NCBI GenBank assembly: GCA_042563375.1
Contig: JBHPMF010000007.1
Coordinates: 218-64,217 of the forward strand
DNA length: 64,000 nucleotides
From: Elusimicrobiota bacterium
GTDB lineage: Bacteria; Elusimicrobiota; Elusimicrobia; JACQPE01
Direction of reading: 5' to 3'
Part shown: positions 19,428 to 28,279 of the stretch, in pieces
Position numbering within the stretch: position 1 is the first letter of the stretch
Layout: each line of letters begins with the position of its first letter
Translations under genes and position numbers: made by a program
The notes under the pieces: generated by a model
Databases searched by the model: none
Seen by the model: the letters and a program-made list of their open reading frames with translations, nothing else
Told to the model about the DNA's origin: nothing

Positions 19428-20438
19428 ATGAGCGCAATTATCCTTGATGGAAAAACCCTGGCAGCGAAGATACGCCGGGATATAGGGAGAGAAACCGCTC
19501 CTCTTAAGGAAAAATACAGCAGGGGCCCGGGGCTTGCCACAGTGCTTGTGGGAGAAGACCCGGCAAGCGCGATATACGTAAGAAACAAGATAAAAGCATG
19601 CAGCGAAGCAGGCCTGGCCACGTTCGACCACAAGCTGGCCCAAGACACACCCGAAAATGAACTCCTAAGGATCCTGGATGATCTTAATGCCAATGATCAG
19701 GTGGACGGCATCCTTCTTCAGCTTCCGCTTCCAAAACACATCAATACGCCCAAAGCCGTTGGCAGGATAAAAACAGAAAAAGATGTTGACGGGTTCGGTC
19801 CTGAGAATTTCGGGAAATTATACCAGGCAAAATCTATTTCAGAGCTGGATGATATTTTTATCCCTTGCACTCCACAGGGGATCTTAAGGCTCATAGAGCT
19901 GGCAGGAGTGAGTATTGCGGGCAAATTCGCCTGTGTCATAGGCAGATCGAACATCGTGGGAAAACCCATAGCGCATCTGCTCATGCTTTCCAACGCCACC
20001 ACTGTGATATGCCATACGAAAACAGGCAATCTGAATGAACTAGCCGCCATGGCTGACATTATCGTGTCCGCCACAGGCAGACTGCATAATGTCACAGCCT
20101 CAATGGTAAAAAATGGAGCATGCGTGATCGATGTGGGCATGAACCGCAAGCCCGACGGAAAACTCGCCGGAGACTGCGATTTCGATGATATAAAAGAGAA
20201 GGCCGGCTCTATAACACCAGTACCCGGCGGAGTCGGCCCGATGACGATCGCGATGCTTCTGTCTAATACGCTAAAAGCTTTTAAACACGCTAACTGCCCG
20301 GGCCATTGCGAGGGCAAAGCCCAAGGCAGTCCCAAAGGGCAGTCCTGTGCGAAGACAGCGAAGCAGTCCCGTGTATTTCCACGGGGCACAGGGCAAGATC
20401 AAAAGTACGAAGGCCTGAAGCAACAGGAAAAAACTTAA
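19428..20438 (+). CDS. folD: Bifunctional methylenetetrahydrofolate dehydrogenase/cyclohydrolase with repeat-derived C-terminal extension
   Basis: LVGEDPAS.IYVRNK, GILLQLPLP, KDVDG, PCTP.G, GRSNIVGKP, ITPVPGGVGPMTIAML. Confidence 0.95.
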   Translation: MSAIILDGKTLAAKIRRDIGRETAPLKEKYSRGPGLATVLVGEDPASAIYVRNKIKACSEAGLATFDHKLAQDTPENELLRILDDLNANDQVDGILLQLPLPKHINTPKAVGRIKTEKDVDGFGPENFGKLYQAKSISELDDIFIPCTPQGILRLIELAGVSIAGKFACVIGRSNIVGKPIAHLLMLSNATTVICHTKTGNLNELAAMADIIVSATGRLHNVTASMVKNGACVIDVGMNRKPDGKLAGDCDFDDIKEKAGSITPVPGGVGPMTIAMLLSNTLKAFKHANCPGHCEGKAQGSPKGQSCAKTAKQSRVFPRGTGQDQKYEGLKQQEKT

Positions 20439-20456
20439 TTAAGGAGAACTTAACAC

Positions 20457-21335
20457 ATGGCAAAGTATTATTCACCGGATGATGATGATAATGAGAAAGG
20501 AGGAGGAGGAGGCCGCGGTTTCCAACCGCCCCCGCAATTCGTGTTCGGAGCTTTTGGAACAGCTATCGCTCTTTTCATAGCAGCTATTATCCTGTTTAAA
20601 TGCGTAATCTCCGTTCCGGCGGGATATATAGGCATCAAGGATATGTTCGGAAAAATACACGATGATGTCCTGCAACCGGGAATACATCTGATAAATCCGC
20701 TATACAAAGTCCATAAGTTGAGTATCCGCACCCAGGAGATAAAAGAAACAGCGAATGTGCCATCAAAAGAAGGTCTGGTTGTAAAACTCGAGATATCATT
20801 ACTTTTTAGCCTGGACCCCACCAAGGCCACCCAGGTATACAAGACACTGGGTCCGGGATATGTGACAGTCGTGGTCGAACCCACGCTGCGCTCAACAGTA
20901 CGAGGAGCCACAGCAGGCTATGAAGCAAAAGCCCTATACACATCAAGCCGCGAAGCCATCGCTAATGCCATGTCAGAGCAGATAAAACCCGTACTCGCAA
21001 AGCGCGGAATCAGCGTGGAAGCGATACTCATGAGAAGCATCGAACTCCCCCTGATACTCTCCACAGCTATTGAGAAAAAACTTGAAGCTGAACAGCAAGC
21101 CCAGCAGATGAAATTCGTGCTTGAACGCGAAGAAAGAGAAGCTGACAGGAAAAAGATCGAAGCCCGCGGTATATCGAACTTTCAAAAGATCGTGAGCTTA
21201 GGAATAAGCGAGAACCTCTTACGCTGGAAAGGCATAGAAGCCACAAAAGAGCTCGCAGTAAGCAATAACAGCAAAGTCGTGGTAATAGGCGCAGGAAGAG
21301 ACGGCCTTCCGATCATTTTGAATACGAACAAGTAG
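20457..21335 (+). CDS. SPFH/prohibitin (band 7) family protein
   Basis: N-terminal TM, PG.H...P, SKEGL.V, AIEKK..AEQ.AQ, EA.RK.IEA.G. Confidence 0.88.
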   Translation: MAKYYSPDDDDNEKGGGGGRGFQPPPQFVFGAFGTAIALFIAAIILFKCVISVPAGYIGIKDMFGKIHDDVLQPGIHLINPLYKVHKLSIRTQEIKETANVPSKEGLVVKLEISLLFSLDPTKATQVYKTLGPGYVTVVVEPTLRSTVRGATAGYEAKALYTSSREAIANAMSEQIKPVLAKRGISVEAILMRSIELPLILSTAIEKKLEAEQQAQQMKFVLEREEREADRKKIEARGISNFQKIVSLGISENLLRWKGIEATKELAVSNNSKVVVIGAGRDGLPIILNTNK

Positions 21336-21355
21336 ATAGCAGATGGTGATTCTTC

Positions 21356-22588
21356 TTAGAGTTGCTCGCCGGTGATCTTTCTGAAAAAAGACTTGATTTT
21401 GAATAAGAGGGATTTTTTCTTTGGTTTTTTCGGCAAGCCTTTGAATCTTCTTATATGATCATCGAGGCTGGGTTCGCCTGCCTTGCCTGCCCTAAGCGTA
21501 GTCGAAGGGAACGGGGCTGAAGAAGGATTCGCGCTTTTTCCGGATTTCTTTATAATTTTCTTTGCTTTTTTCGTTTCAGCCTTCTTCATCCTCGCTAATT
21601 GCTTCTTGCTGAAGAATCCGGGTTTTTTGCCGAACGGAACATGGAAGGATACCCTGTGCGTGAACCCCAGATCAGGCATGGGCACAACAGCATAATCAAC
21701 ATCACTACCCAGGAGCTTCAACCTGAACCCCACAGCTGCCTTGTCAGGATATTGATATCCAAGCCTCCAGATAAGAGGCGTCCAAAAATAACTTTTGCTC
21801 ATTCGAAACGGGATATACTCGATCCCCGTGTTCCAAACAGGCTTTCTGCTGCCCGGTCCTGTTTGAGGTTTTTGCACGTCAGCCACAAGAGCCATTGATC
21901 CGGTGAGCATGAAATTAGCTCCGAAATTAAGAGTTGTGGGAAGCGAGAAGGATTCATTCACGAACTTCATGGAATTGCCTTTGTTCTTTAAGGCCACGCC
22001 AAGAGTCAATCTTGACCAGGCTTGAGCTAATACGCCGAAATCAAAAGCCCTGCCTTTTGCTTTTGCATCATCAAGCCTCATCTCGATCTGCTTTGCGCTC
22101 GCGCCAATGGAGAGCCCGGGATAGACTTCCCATGCCAAAGATGCTGTTATGGCCCTGTCTTCGCTTTTAAAATATCCTGTTTGCCTGCCCTGGTCATCCC
22201 TTCTCTCCAACGGATCCATGCCGAGCGAGCGCATGCCGCAAGCAATGGTCTGCCTGCGATTGATCCTCTGCGCGAATCCGGCGAAATTCTCAACAATATC
22301 AGCTACCCATCTGTTCTGAGCCGCAACAAGGTCAGCCGCGGGGATCTGGGAGAGTCCGGCAGGATTGTAATGCAGGGCTGTGGCATCATTGGCCATTGCC
22401 GTAAAAGCTCCGCCCATGCCAAGAGGGCGCGCGCCCACGGGGATCTTTAAGAAAGCTGCGCCTACCGGCTCATTGGCAGACAAAGTGAAAAGTGACAAGT
22501 GACAAGTGAAAAGTACAAACAAGCAAAAAAGAAACGCCCTCTTTCCTTTTGCCTTTTTCACTTTTTTCACCTTTGTCACTTTTTTCAC
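21356..22588 (-). CDS. PorV/PorQ (UPF0164)-family outer-membrane beta-barrel protein
   Basis: AAFLKIPVGARPLGMGGAFTA.ANDATALHYNPAGL; GTG start at 22588 inferred, followed by signal peptide; basic C-terminal tail. Confidence 0.8.
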   Translation of the reverse strand: MKKVTKVKKVKKAKGKRAFLFCLFVLFTCHLSLFTLSANEPVGAAFLKIPVGARPLGMGGAFTAMANDATALHYNPAGLSQIPAADLVAAQNRWVADIVENFAGFAQRINRRQTIACGMRSLGMDPLERRDDQGRQTGYFKSEDRAITASLAWEVYPGLSIGASAKQIEMRLDDAKAKGRAFDFGVLAQAWSRLTLGVALKNKGNSMKFVNESFSLPTTLNFGANFMLTGSMALVADVQKPQTGPGSRKPVWNTGIEYIPFRMSKSYFWTPLIWRLGYQYPDKAAVGFRLKLLGSDVDYAVVPMPDLGFTHRVSFHVPFGKKPGFFSKKQLARMKKAETKKAKKIIKKSGKSANPSSAPFPSTTLRAGKAGEPSLDDHIRRFKGLPKKPKKKSLLFKIKSFFRKITGEQL

Positions 22589-22593
22589 TTTCT

Positions 22594-24372
22594 TTACTTT
22601 AAAATTGCCATTTTTTTGACTTTTTTCATCTTGTCGCCTGTGATCTTGTCCATGGATCTTACCATGTAGAGATAAACCCCGCTTGAAAGAGGGAATCCGT
22701 TCGCGTCTTTTAAATCCCATTCATATTCATACACAGGAGCATTGTGTTTCGGGATGCTTGTATCCTCTATTTCCTTTACAAGCTCGCCTGCGATATTGAA
22801 AATCTTGATCTTGAATTTTGGGGACAAATACCAGGTTTTAACATGAAAAGTCGCTTTATCGCCTCTTGCCGGATTGGGATAACTGTACACCTCAAACGGA
22901 GGTTTTTCTATGGCTGTCACAGTCGGGCCCTGCGTAGCGGATGTAGGCTCTCCTGTGGCAGGCGAACCCCACCTGTCCTTTGCCTCAAAATAATATGAAT
23001 ATGTGCCGTCTTCAGGAACAAAGGCGTTTGCTTCAAATACGGTCTTGCCCGGAACATCCTCTGAAAGGAAGCTCATGGCGAATGGACTGCCTTCGATCTC
23101 CTCATCGTCTTTACTTATGTGGACCTTGGGATACCCCCCGAGCACAGGATCCGAGTCCGGATCTTCATACGTGACCCTGAAAACATACGATGTATAGGTG
23201 TTTCCTTCCTCCGGGTCAAGGCCGTCATTTAAAAAAGGCTCTTCCCCTACCCAGCTGAGCACGGGAGCATTCGTGGTACGCGCGTATTTCAAGTCGCCTG
23301 CGATCCAGTCAAGATACGCGATATGCGCCTTGTTGCCGGAATCGATCGCAAGGCACACATGCCAACTTTCAAAATCACTTACCGAGACCACTTCCTTTAT
23401 CCAGGATGATCCTGACCATTTGGCGTATTTAAGCTTTTCTTCTTTTACGCTGTAATAAGCGATCGCAGGCTTGTTCGCGGAATCCAAAGCCAAAGACGTG
23501 AATTCACCCACATCTCCGTCAGCATCCACGATCCCTTTCTGCCATGTTCCGCTTTGATTCGTGGCGTAGCGCAGATCCTGCTGTGTTGAGTTCTGATACG
23601 CGATGTGCGGCTTGTTATTAGAATCGAGCCTGAGCGATGAATAGTATCCTGTGAAACCCTCTGAGTCGATCACTGAGATCTGCCAGGTTGAACCGGTTTT
23701 TTTCGCGTATTTTAGGTCAGCATTGATCCAGTCAAGGTAGGCGATATGAGGCTTATCCGAGCTGTCAAGCTCAAGAGAAGCGTATTGACCCACATCAGTA
23801 TCCGAGTCAACGGTCTCCAGATCCCAGACCCCGGGTGAAATGCGCACAGCGTATTTTAAGTCCATGTTGGTCAAATCCTCATATGCCACATGGGGCCTGC
23901 CTCCTGAGTCTATCTCTATCGAGCTGTACAGGCCGGGACTGCCCTCGCTCGCGATCGTTTCCTTATGCCAACCCCCAGCGTCCCTGTAAATATAAAGCAG
24001 ATCCTCTTCCGTGAAATCAAAATAACTCACATGCGGATTATCATCGGAATCAAGCGCAAGGGACGGGGTCCCGCCCACAAAACCGCTGTTATCGATCGTA
24101 ATGGCATGCCATGAATTTCCGTCAAAGCTCGCGTATTTAAGGCTTCCATTCTCCCAGTCATTGTATACGATGCAAGGCATTCCGCTTTTATCAAGCGCAA
24201 GCGATGGATTCCACCCGGTATCCCCCTTACTGTCAACCGTGACAGAACCCCAATCAGCATGAAGAATGGGCACCAGGATAAAAAGATACACAGGCAGGAA
24301 AATCAGAAAAATAATCAAAAAAACAGGGTGCTTTTGAGGCGCAGGTTTTCGGTTTTGCATATTCAATGTCAC
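22594..24372 (-). CDS. Secreted beta-propeller repeat protein with FlgD-Ig/T9SS-like C-terminal domain
   Basis: About 7 repeats VD..G.VG..SL.LDS...PHIAY.D....LKYA; C-terminus YSYPNPARG...IKIFNIAGELVKE...WDLKD.NG..LSSGVYLY. Confidence 0.8.
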   Translation of the reverse strand: MTLNMQNRKPAPQKHPVFLIIFLIFLPVYLFILVPILHADWGSVTVDSKGDTGWNPSLALDKSGMPCIVYNDWENGSLKYASFDGNSWHAITIDNSGFVGGTPSLALDSDDNPHVSYFDFTEEDLLYIYRDAGGWHKETIASEGSPGLYSSIEIDSGGRPHVAYEDLTNMDLKYAVRISPGVWDLETVDSDTDVGQYASLELDSSDKPHIAYLDWINADLKYAKKTGSTWQISVIDSEGFTGYYSSLRLDSNNKPHIAYQNSTQQDLRYATNQSGTWQKGIVDADGDVGEFTSLALDSANKPAIAYYSVKEEKLKYAKWSGSSWIKEVVSVSDFESWHVCLAIDSGNKAHIAYLDWIAGDLKYARTTNAPVLSWVGEEPFLNDGLDPEEGNTYTSYVFRVTYEDPDSDPVLGGYPKVHISKDDEEIEGSPFAMSFLSEDVPGKTVFEANAFVPEDGTYSYYFEAKDRWGSPATGEPTSATQGPTVTAIEKPPFEVYSYPNPARGDKATFHVKTWYLSPKFKIKIFNIAGELVKEIEDTSIPKHNAPVYEYEWDLKDANGFPLSSGVYLYMVRSMDKITGDKMKKVKKMAILK

Positions 24373-24404
24373 AACTATTCTACTTCAGCCGCTCAGGGTC
24401 ACTA

Positions 24405-24444
24405 TAGGACTAAAGTCCTAATTTTAATTGGGACCTTAGTCCTA
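24405..24444. promoter_or_regulatory. Tandem palindromic operator-like sites between divergent genes
   Basis: TAGGACTAAAGTCCTA (24405-24420) and TGGGACCTTAGTCCTA (24429-24444). Confidence 0.4.
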
Positions 24445-24640
24445 CAAGAAAATTCACTCTCTATGAGATAATTGATTCAGGTGCATGCCCTACGGGCGTA
24501 CCAAAATAACAGAAGTCACCGTCCTTGAGCAAAGCGAAAGGGCCGGACATGTGCTTGGATCATCCCTGAATCAAGTTCAGGGCAGGCTCTGAGCGGACCC
24601 GATATTAATCGGGGAAGTCGAAGGATCTCAAGTAAGAAAT

Positions 24641-25144
24641 ATGCCAAAAAGCAAACTTACGATACTCATGTTCACCCTTACTATATTCCCCATATTGGCA
24701 TTCTGCGCAGAAACGCGGGACATGGACAAGCTCAACGCCACTTTTGATCTGGAAAATATAAAACAAAAAACGAACACAAAACCTGTTCAGGCCGACGCTG
24801 AACCCAAAAACTTTTCAGATATAAACATCAAAACAATAAAAGGTTTTGGATCCAAAAGATCCGGACGCATACATCTGCCGATCCCCCCTCATGAAACAGA
24901 AATAAGCAATTTTAAGGCAGATGCATACAGCGGAGCTGCCGGTATCGGCTCAGCAGGCATAACAGCTGTTGCGCTGAAAAGATTATGGCCATCTATCGCT
25001 AAAATGCCAGTTAGCAGATCGATAATGCCGGCTCCAATGGCAGGATTAACGCGCTTTATCAGGATCGCGGGGATTTCCGTGATCGCGGGTCTTGCAGCCG
25101 CATATATGGTGAAGAAGTCGTATCCGGAAAATACTCAGCAATAA
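24641..25144 (+). CDS. Hypothetical exported/membrane protein
   Basis: Signal peptide-like N-terminus, two hydrophobic C-terminal segments; no recognisable family. Confidence 0.55.
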   Translation: MPKSKLTILMFTLTIFPILAFCAETRDMDKLNATFDLENIKQKTNTKPVQADAEPKNFSDINIKTIKGFGSKRSGRIHLPIPPHETEISNFKADAYSGAAGIGSAGITAVALKRLWPSIAKMPVSRSIMPAPMAGLTRFIRIAGISVIAGLAAAYMVKKSYPENTQQ

Positions 25145-25157
25145 TAAGGAGGCTGAC

Positions 25158-26069
25158 ATGTTAGGACTGTTCCACTATCAAACACTTTATGAAATTTTAA
25201 GAGAGATCCATTTATTCAAGGACAGGGACGAGATCGCAAATTTCGTATTAAGCAAGGTGGCCCAGGCATTGGATTCCGAGGGCGGCACCATGTTCCTTGT
25301 TGATGTTGAGGAAAAGGGCTACCTTTATCCTATGGCGGCATATGGGGCTCCTCTTAATATTTTACGCCAACAAAAGTTCCCGATGGGACAAGGCGTTGTA
25401 GGCTGGACCGCAGCTAATAAGGAATCTGTAAAGGTAGATGATTCCGGCCGGGATACGCGTTTTTACAAAACAACCGATGCCAAAACCGGTTTTTTGACTA
25501 AAACGATAGCAGCTGCTCCAATACTCTTCGGAAACAAGGTGGAAGGCGTAATAGAATTCTTAAACAAGCGCAACGGTAAATACACTGACGCTGACCTTGA
25601 ATTCATCACTGTGATCGGCAGAGAAATAGGCGCTGCCATTGAAAAGGCAATGCTCAGGGAAGATATGCGAAAAAATCTGGCTCTTGAGTGGGCTGTAAGC
25701 AACATGAAAACCGGCATACTCATAGCTGATCCCAATGATGTTATCCTGCTTGCAAACCCGCGAGCACAGGAGATATTGCGTACTGATTCCATTGCCGTGG
25801 AAGAAGGCGCAAGTCTTGCCAAGTTGGCCATGGAATGGCCAAAGCTCACCGGATCACTCAATAAAACCATAGAAACAGCTCAGTCCACAAGCAGGCGTCA
25901 TTCTGAAACCACATCTTCCAAAACTGTTGGATATTCATGCGTTCCCCTGGCGGATGATGAAGGCACGATAGCGGGCGCAGTATGCATACTCCAGGATATA
26001 ACAGCCGCTTGCGAGCAGACCAAGAAAGATTCCGAAGGGATCACTCCAGAGAAAGTATCGCTGAATTAA
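25158..26069 (+). CDS. GAF + PAS domain protein (no output domain)
   Basis: AGGAGG RBS; G.GVVGW, D.RF....D..TGF.TK.I.AAP, GVIE.LNK; then PAS (GILI.D....LANP.A..I...GAVCILQDIT). Confidence 0.8.
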   Translation: MLGLFHYQTLYEILREIHLFKDRDEIANFVLSKVAQALDSEGGTMFLVDVEEKGYLYPMAAYGAPLNILRQQKFPMGQGVVGWTAANKESVKVDDSGRDTRFYKTTDAKTGFLTKTIAAAPILFGNKVEGVIEFLNKRNGKYTDADLEFITVIGREIGAAIEKAMLREDMRKNLALEWAVSNMKTGILIADPNDVILLANPRAQEILRTDSIAVEEGASLAKLAMEWPKLTGSLNKTIETAQSTSRRHSETTSSKTVGYSCVPLADDEGTIAGAVCILQDITAACEQTKKDSEGITPEKVSLN

Positions 26070-26210
26070 TTAAGAAAGGCTGAGGGCTTAACAGAGAAGC
26101 CAAAACTCATCACTTCTCTTCTTATCGCCCTGCCGCATTGTCGCGCTGCCGCTTTACCACCTAATGTCTAGAAAGTTATAAAATTGATTAAAGCAACGCC
26201 ATCAATAACT

Positions 26211-26342
26211 GAGGTGAAAATATGGAGATAAGGTACAGCGAAGCAGTGCCATCCATTGTTATAGAGGTGAAAATATGGAGATAAGGTACAGCGAAGCAGT
26301 GCCATCCATTGTTATAGAGGTGAAAATATGGAGATAAGGTAC
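26211..26342 (+). repeat. 53-bp tandem repeat triplicating the gcvH RBS/start region
   Basis: GAGGTGAAAATATGGAGATAAGGTAC at 26211, 26264, 26317 with identical 27-bp spacers AGCGAAGCAGTGCCATCCATTGTTATA. Confidence 0.9.
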
Positions 26343-26708
26343 GCTAAGACCCATGAATGGGCGAGAAAGGACTCTGAAAAAGTTTTTACGGTTGGAATCA
26401 GCGATTTCGCGCAAAAAGAGATACGTGATATCGTTTATATTGAATTACCCAAGGTCGGGACCCAATTGACCAAGGGTTCTCCCTGCGGCATGATAGAGTC
26501 TGTAAAAGCAGCGTTCGACATGTACGCCCCCTTAAGCGGCACAGTGACGAAAGTCAATGACAGCGCAGCCCAAGACGTGACAGCGATACATCAAGATCCG
26601 CTCGGTAAAGGATGGCTCTATGAGATGGAACCGGGCAATCCTTCTGAATTTGAAACGCTGATGAGCGAAGCAGACTACAATAAAACCGCTGCCCAAAGCG
26701 CGCACTAA
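26328..26708 (+). CDS. gcvH: Glycine cleavage system H protein
   Basis: Y.KTHEW, VGISDFAQ, IESVKAA (lipoyl-Lys), DP.G.GWL. Confidence 0.95.
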   Translation: MEIRYAKTHEWARKDSEKVFTVGISDFAQKEIRDIVYIELPKVGTQLTKGSPCGMIESVKAAFDMYAPLSGTVTKVNDSAAQDVTAIHQDPLGKGWLYEMEPGNPSEFETLMSEADYNKTAAQSAH

Positions 26709-26829
26709 AAAGCGTGAAGCGTAAAACGGTAGACGTAAAAAGTATATATGGAGGCCTTCCGGGATTTTTTTTCCTGCTTCTTACGTTTTACGTCTCGCGT
26801 CTTACGCTGTAGATTTTGAGCATTCACAT

Positions 26830-28200
26830 ATGGTTGAACAAAAGGAATTGAAGAATCGCAAGTCATTGATGCAGGAAGAAATATTCAAGACCATCGGTGT
26901 GTCGTCTTTTGATGATCTTGTTTCCAATCTGCCAAAAAACTTTTTGTTCCCGAAGTTGAACATCCCTGCGGCAAAAACCGAGCTTGAAGTTACCCAGAAA
27001 CTGGAAAAAACGCTCGGCTCTATGCCTAAAATAACATCTTTTCTCGGAGCAGGGGCCTATGATCATTATATCCCCCACGCAGTCCCTCAGGTGGCAGGCA
27101 GAGGTGAATTTTTAACAGCATACACCCCATACCAGGCAGAAGCAAGCCAGGGCACGCTCATCGCGCTATTCGAGTTCCAGACTATGATAGCGGAACTGAT
27201 GGGGCTCGACGTGGCGAACGCCTCGCTCTATGACGGGGCAACAGCTCTTGTTGAGGCTATGTTCCTGGCAAAAAAACACTTCGCGGAAGACCTGCGCTTG
27301 AGCCCCAAAAAAATCGCAATACCCGAAAGCCTGCATCCGCACTACAAGGAAACCCTAAAGACTTACATAAATTACATTGATATCGAGCTGATCGAGATAG
27401 GATTCGACAAGAATACCGGGAAATTGGATATTAATGAGCTCAAAAGAGCGCTGCAAGACCCCGGAGTGTTCGCCTTTACCATAAGCCAGCCGAACTTCTT
27501 CGGAACAATAGAGGATATTGAAGAGATATCCGCGCTAAAAAATACCACGCGCGCGCTCTTTATCTCGGTTGCAAATAATCCAATAACACTGGGCACGCTT
27601 AAATCCCCGGGTGAATACAGCGCGGATATCGCGATAGCGGAAGGCCAGCCCCTTGGCGTACCATTGAGCTTTGGCGGACCGTATTTGGGGCTCTTCGCCG
27701 CAAAAAAAGAGCTTATGCGCAAACTCCCGGGAAGAATATCCGGCCAAACCATTGACAGCGCCAATAACACAGGATACACGCTCACCCTTCAAACAAGAGA
27801 ACAGCATATAAGACGCGAGAGAGCCACATCCAATATTTGCACGAATCAAACGCTTTGCGCGATCATGAGCACCATATATTTATCGCTCACAGGGCCGGAT
27901 GGATTAAAAGAAGCGGCTGAAAGCTCTTTTTCCAAGTCTCATGAACTTTATAAAGCAATAACAGAAAGCAAGCTGGCAGCGCCCTTGTTCGATCACGAAG
28001 AATTCTTCCTTGAGTTTCCCATTAGGATCGAAGCAAGCGCGGCAAAGATAGATAAGCTCAGTAAAAAAATGAATCTGATCCCCGGCTATGATCTGAGCAA
28101 GGAATTCCCTGAATTCAAGAACTGCTATCTGGTAGCAGCCACGGAAAAGACAACCCGCGAGGATATGGAGAAATTGATGGACTTCCTGAAAAGATTATGA
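26830..28200 (+). CDS. gcvPA: Glycine dehydrogenase subunit 1
   Basis: FLGAGAY.HYIP, EFLTAYTPYQ.EASQG.L...FEFQ, NASLYDG, LQTREQHIRRERATSNICTNQ. Confidence 0.95.
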   Translation: MVEQKELKNRKSLMQEEIFKTIGVSSFDDLVSNLPKNFLFPKLNIPAAKTELEVTQKLEKTLGSMPKITSFLGAGAYDHYIPHAVPQVAGRGEFLTAYTPYQAEASQGTLIALFEFQTMIAELMGLDVANASLYDGATALVEAMFLAKKHFAEDLRLSPKKIAIPESLHPHYKETLKTYINYIDIELIEIGFDKNTGKLDINELKRALQDPGVFAFTISQPNFFGTIEDIEEISALKNTTRALFISVANNPITLGTLKSPGEYSADIAIAEGQPLGVPLSFGGPYLGLFAAKKELMRKLPGRISGQTIDSANNTGYTLTLQTREQHIRRERATSNICTNQTLCAIMSTIYLSLTGPDGLKEAAESSFSKSHELYKAITESKLAAPLFDHEEFFLEFPIRIEASAAKIDKLSKKMNLIPGYDLSKEFPEFKNCYLVAATEKTTREDMEKLMDFLKRL

Positions 28201-28279
28201 ACAATATAGGCAATCCGCTCTTTCTTCATTCGTGTTCATTCGCGTGTACATTCGTGTTTTATTCGTGTTTCGCAATATA

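Noticed and set aside
22589-22720. Longer ORF-track start for the PorV-like gene
   Set aside because: It overlaps the upstream CDS by more than 120 bp. The GTG at 22588 gives a plausible signal peptide.
26211-26342. Possible CRISPR array (26-bp repeats, 27-bp spacers)
   Set aside because: The spacers are identical, the repeat is the gcvH RBS/start, and there are no cas genes in the window.
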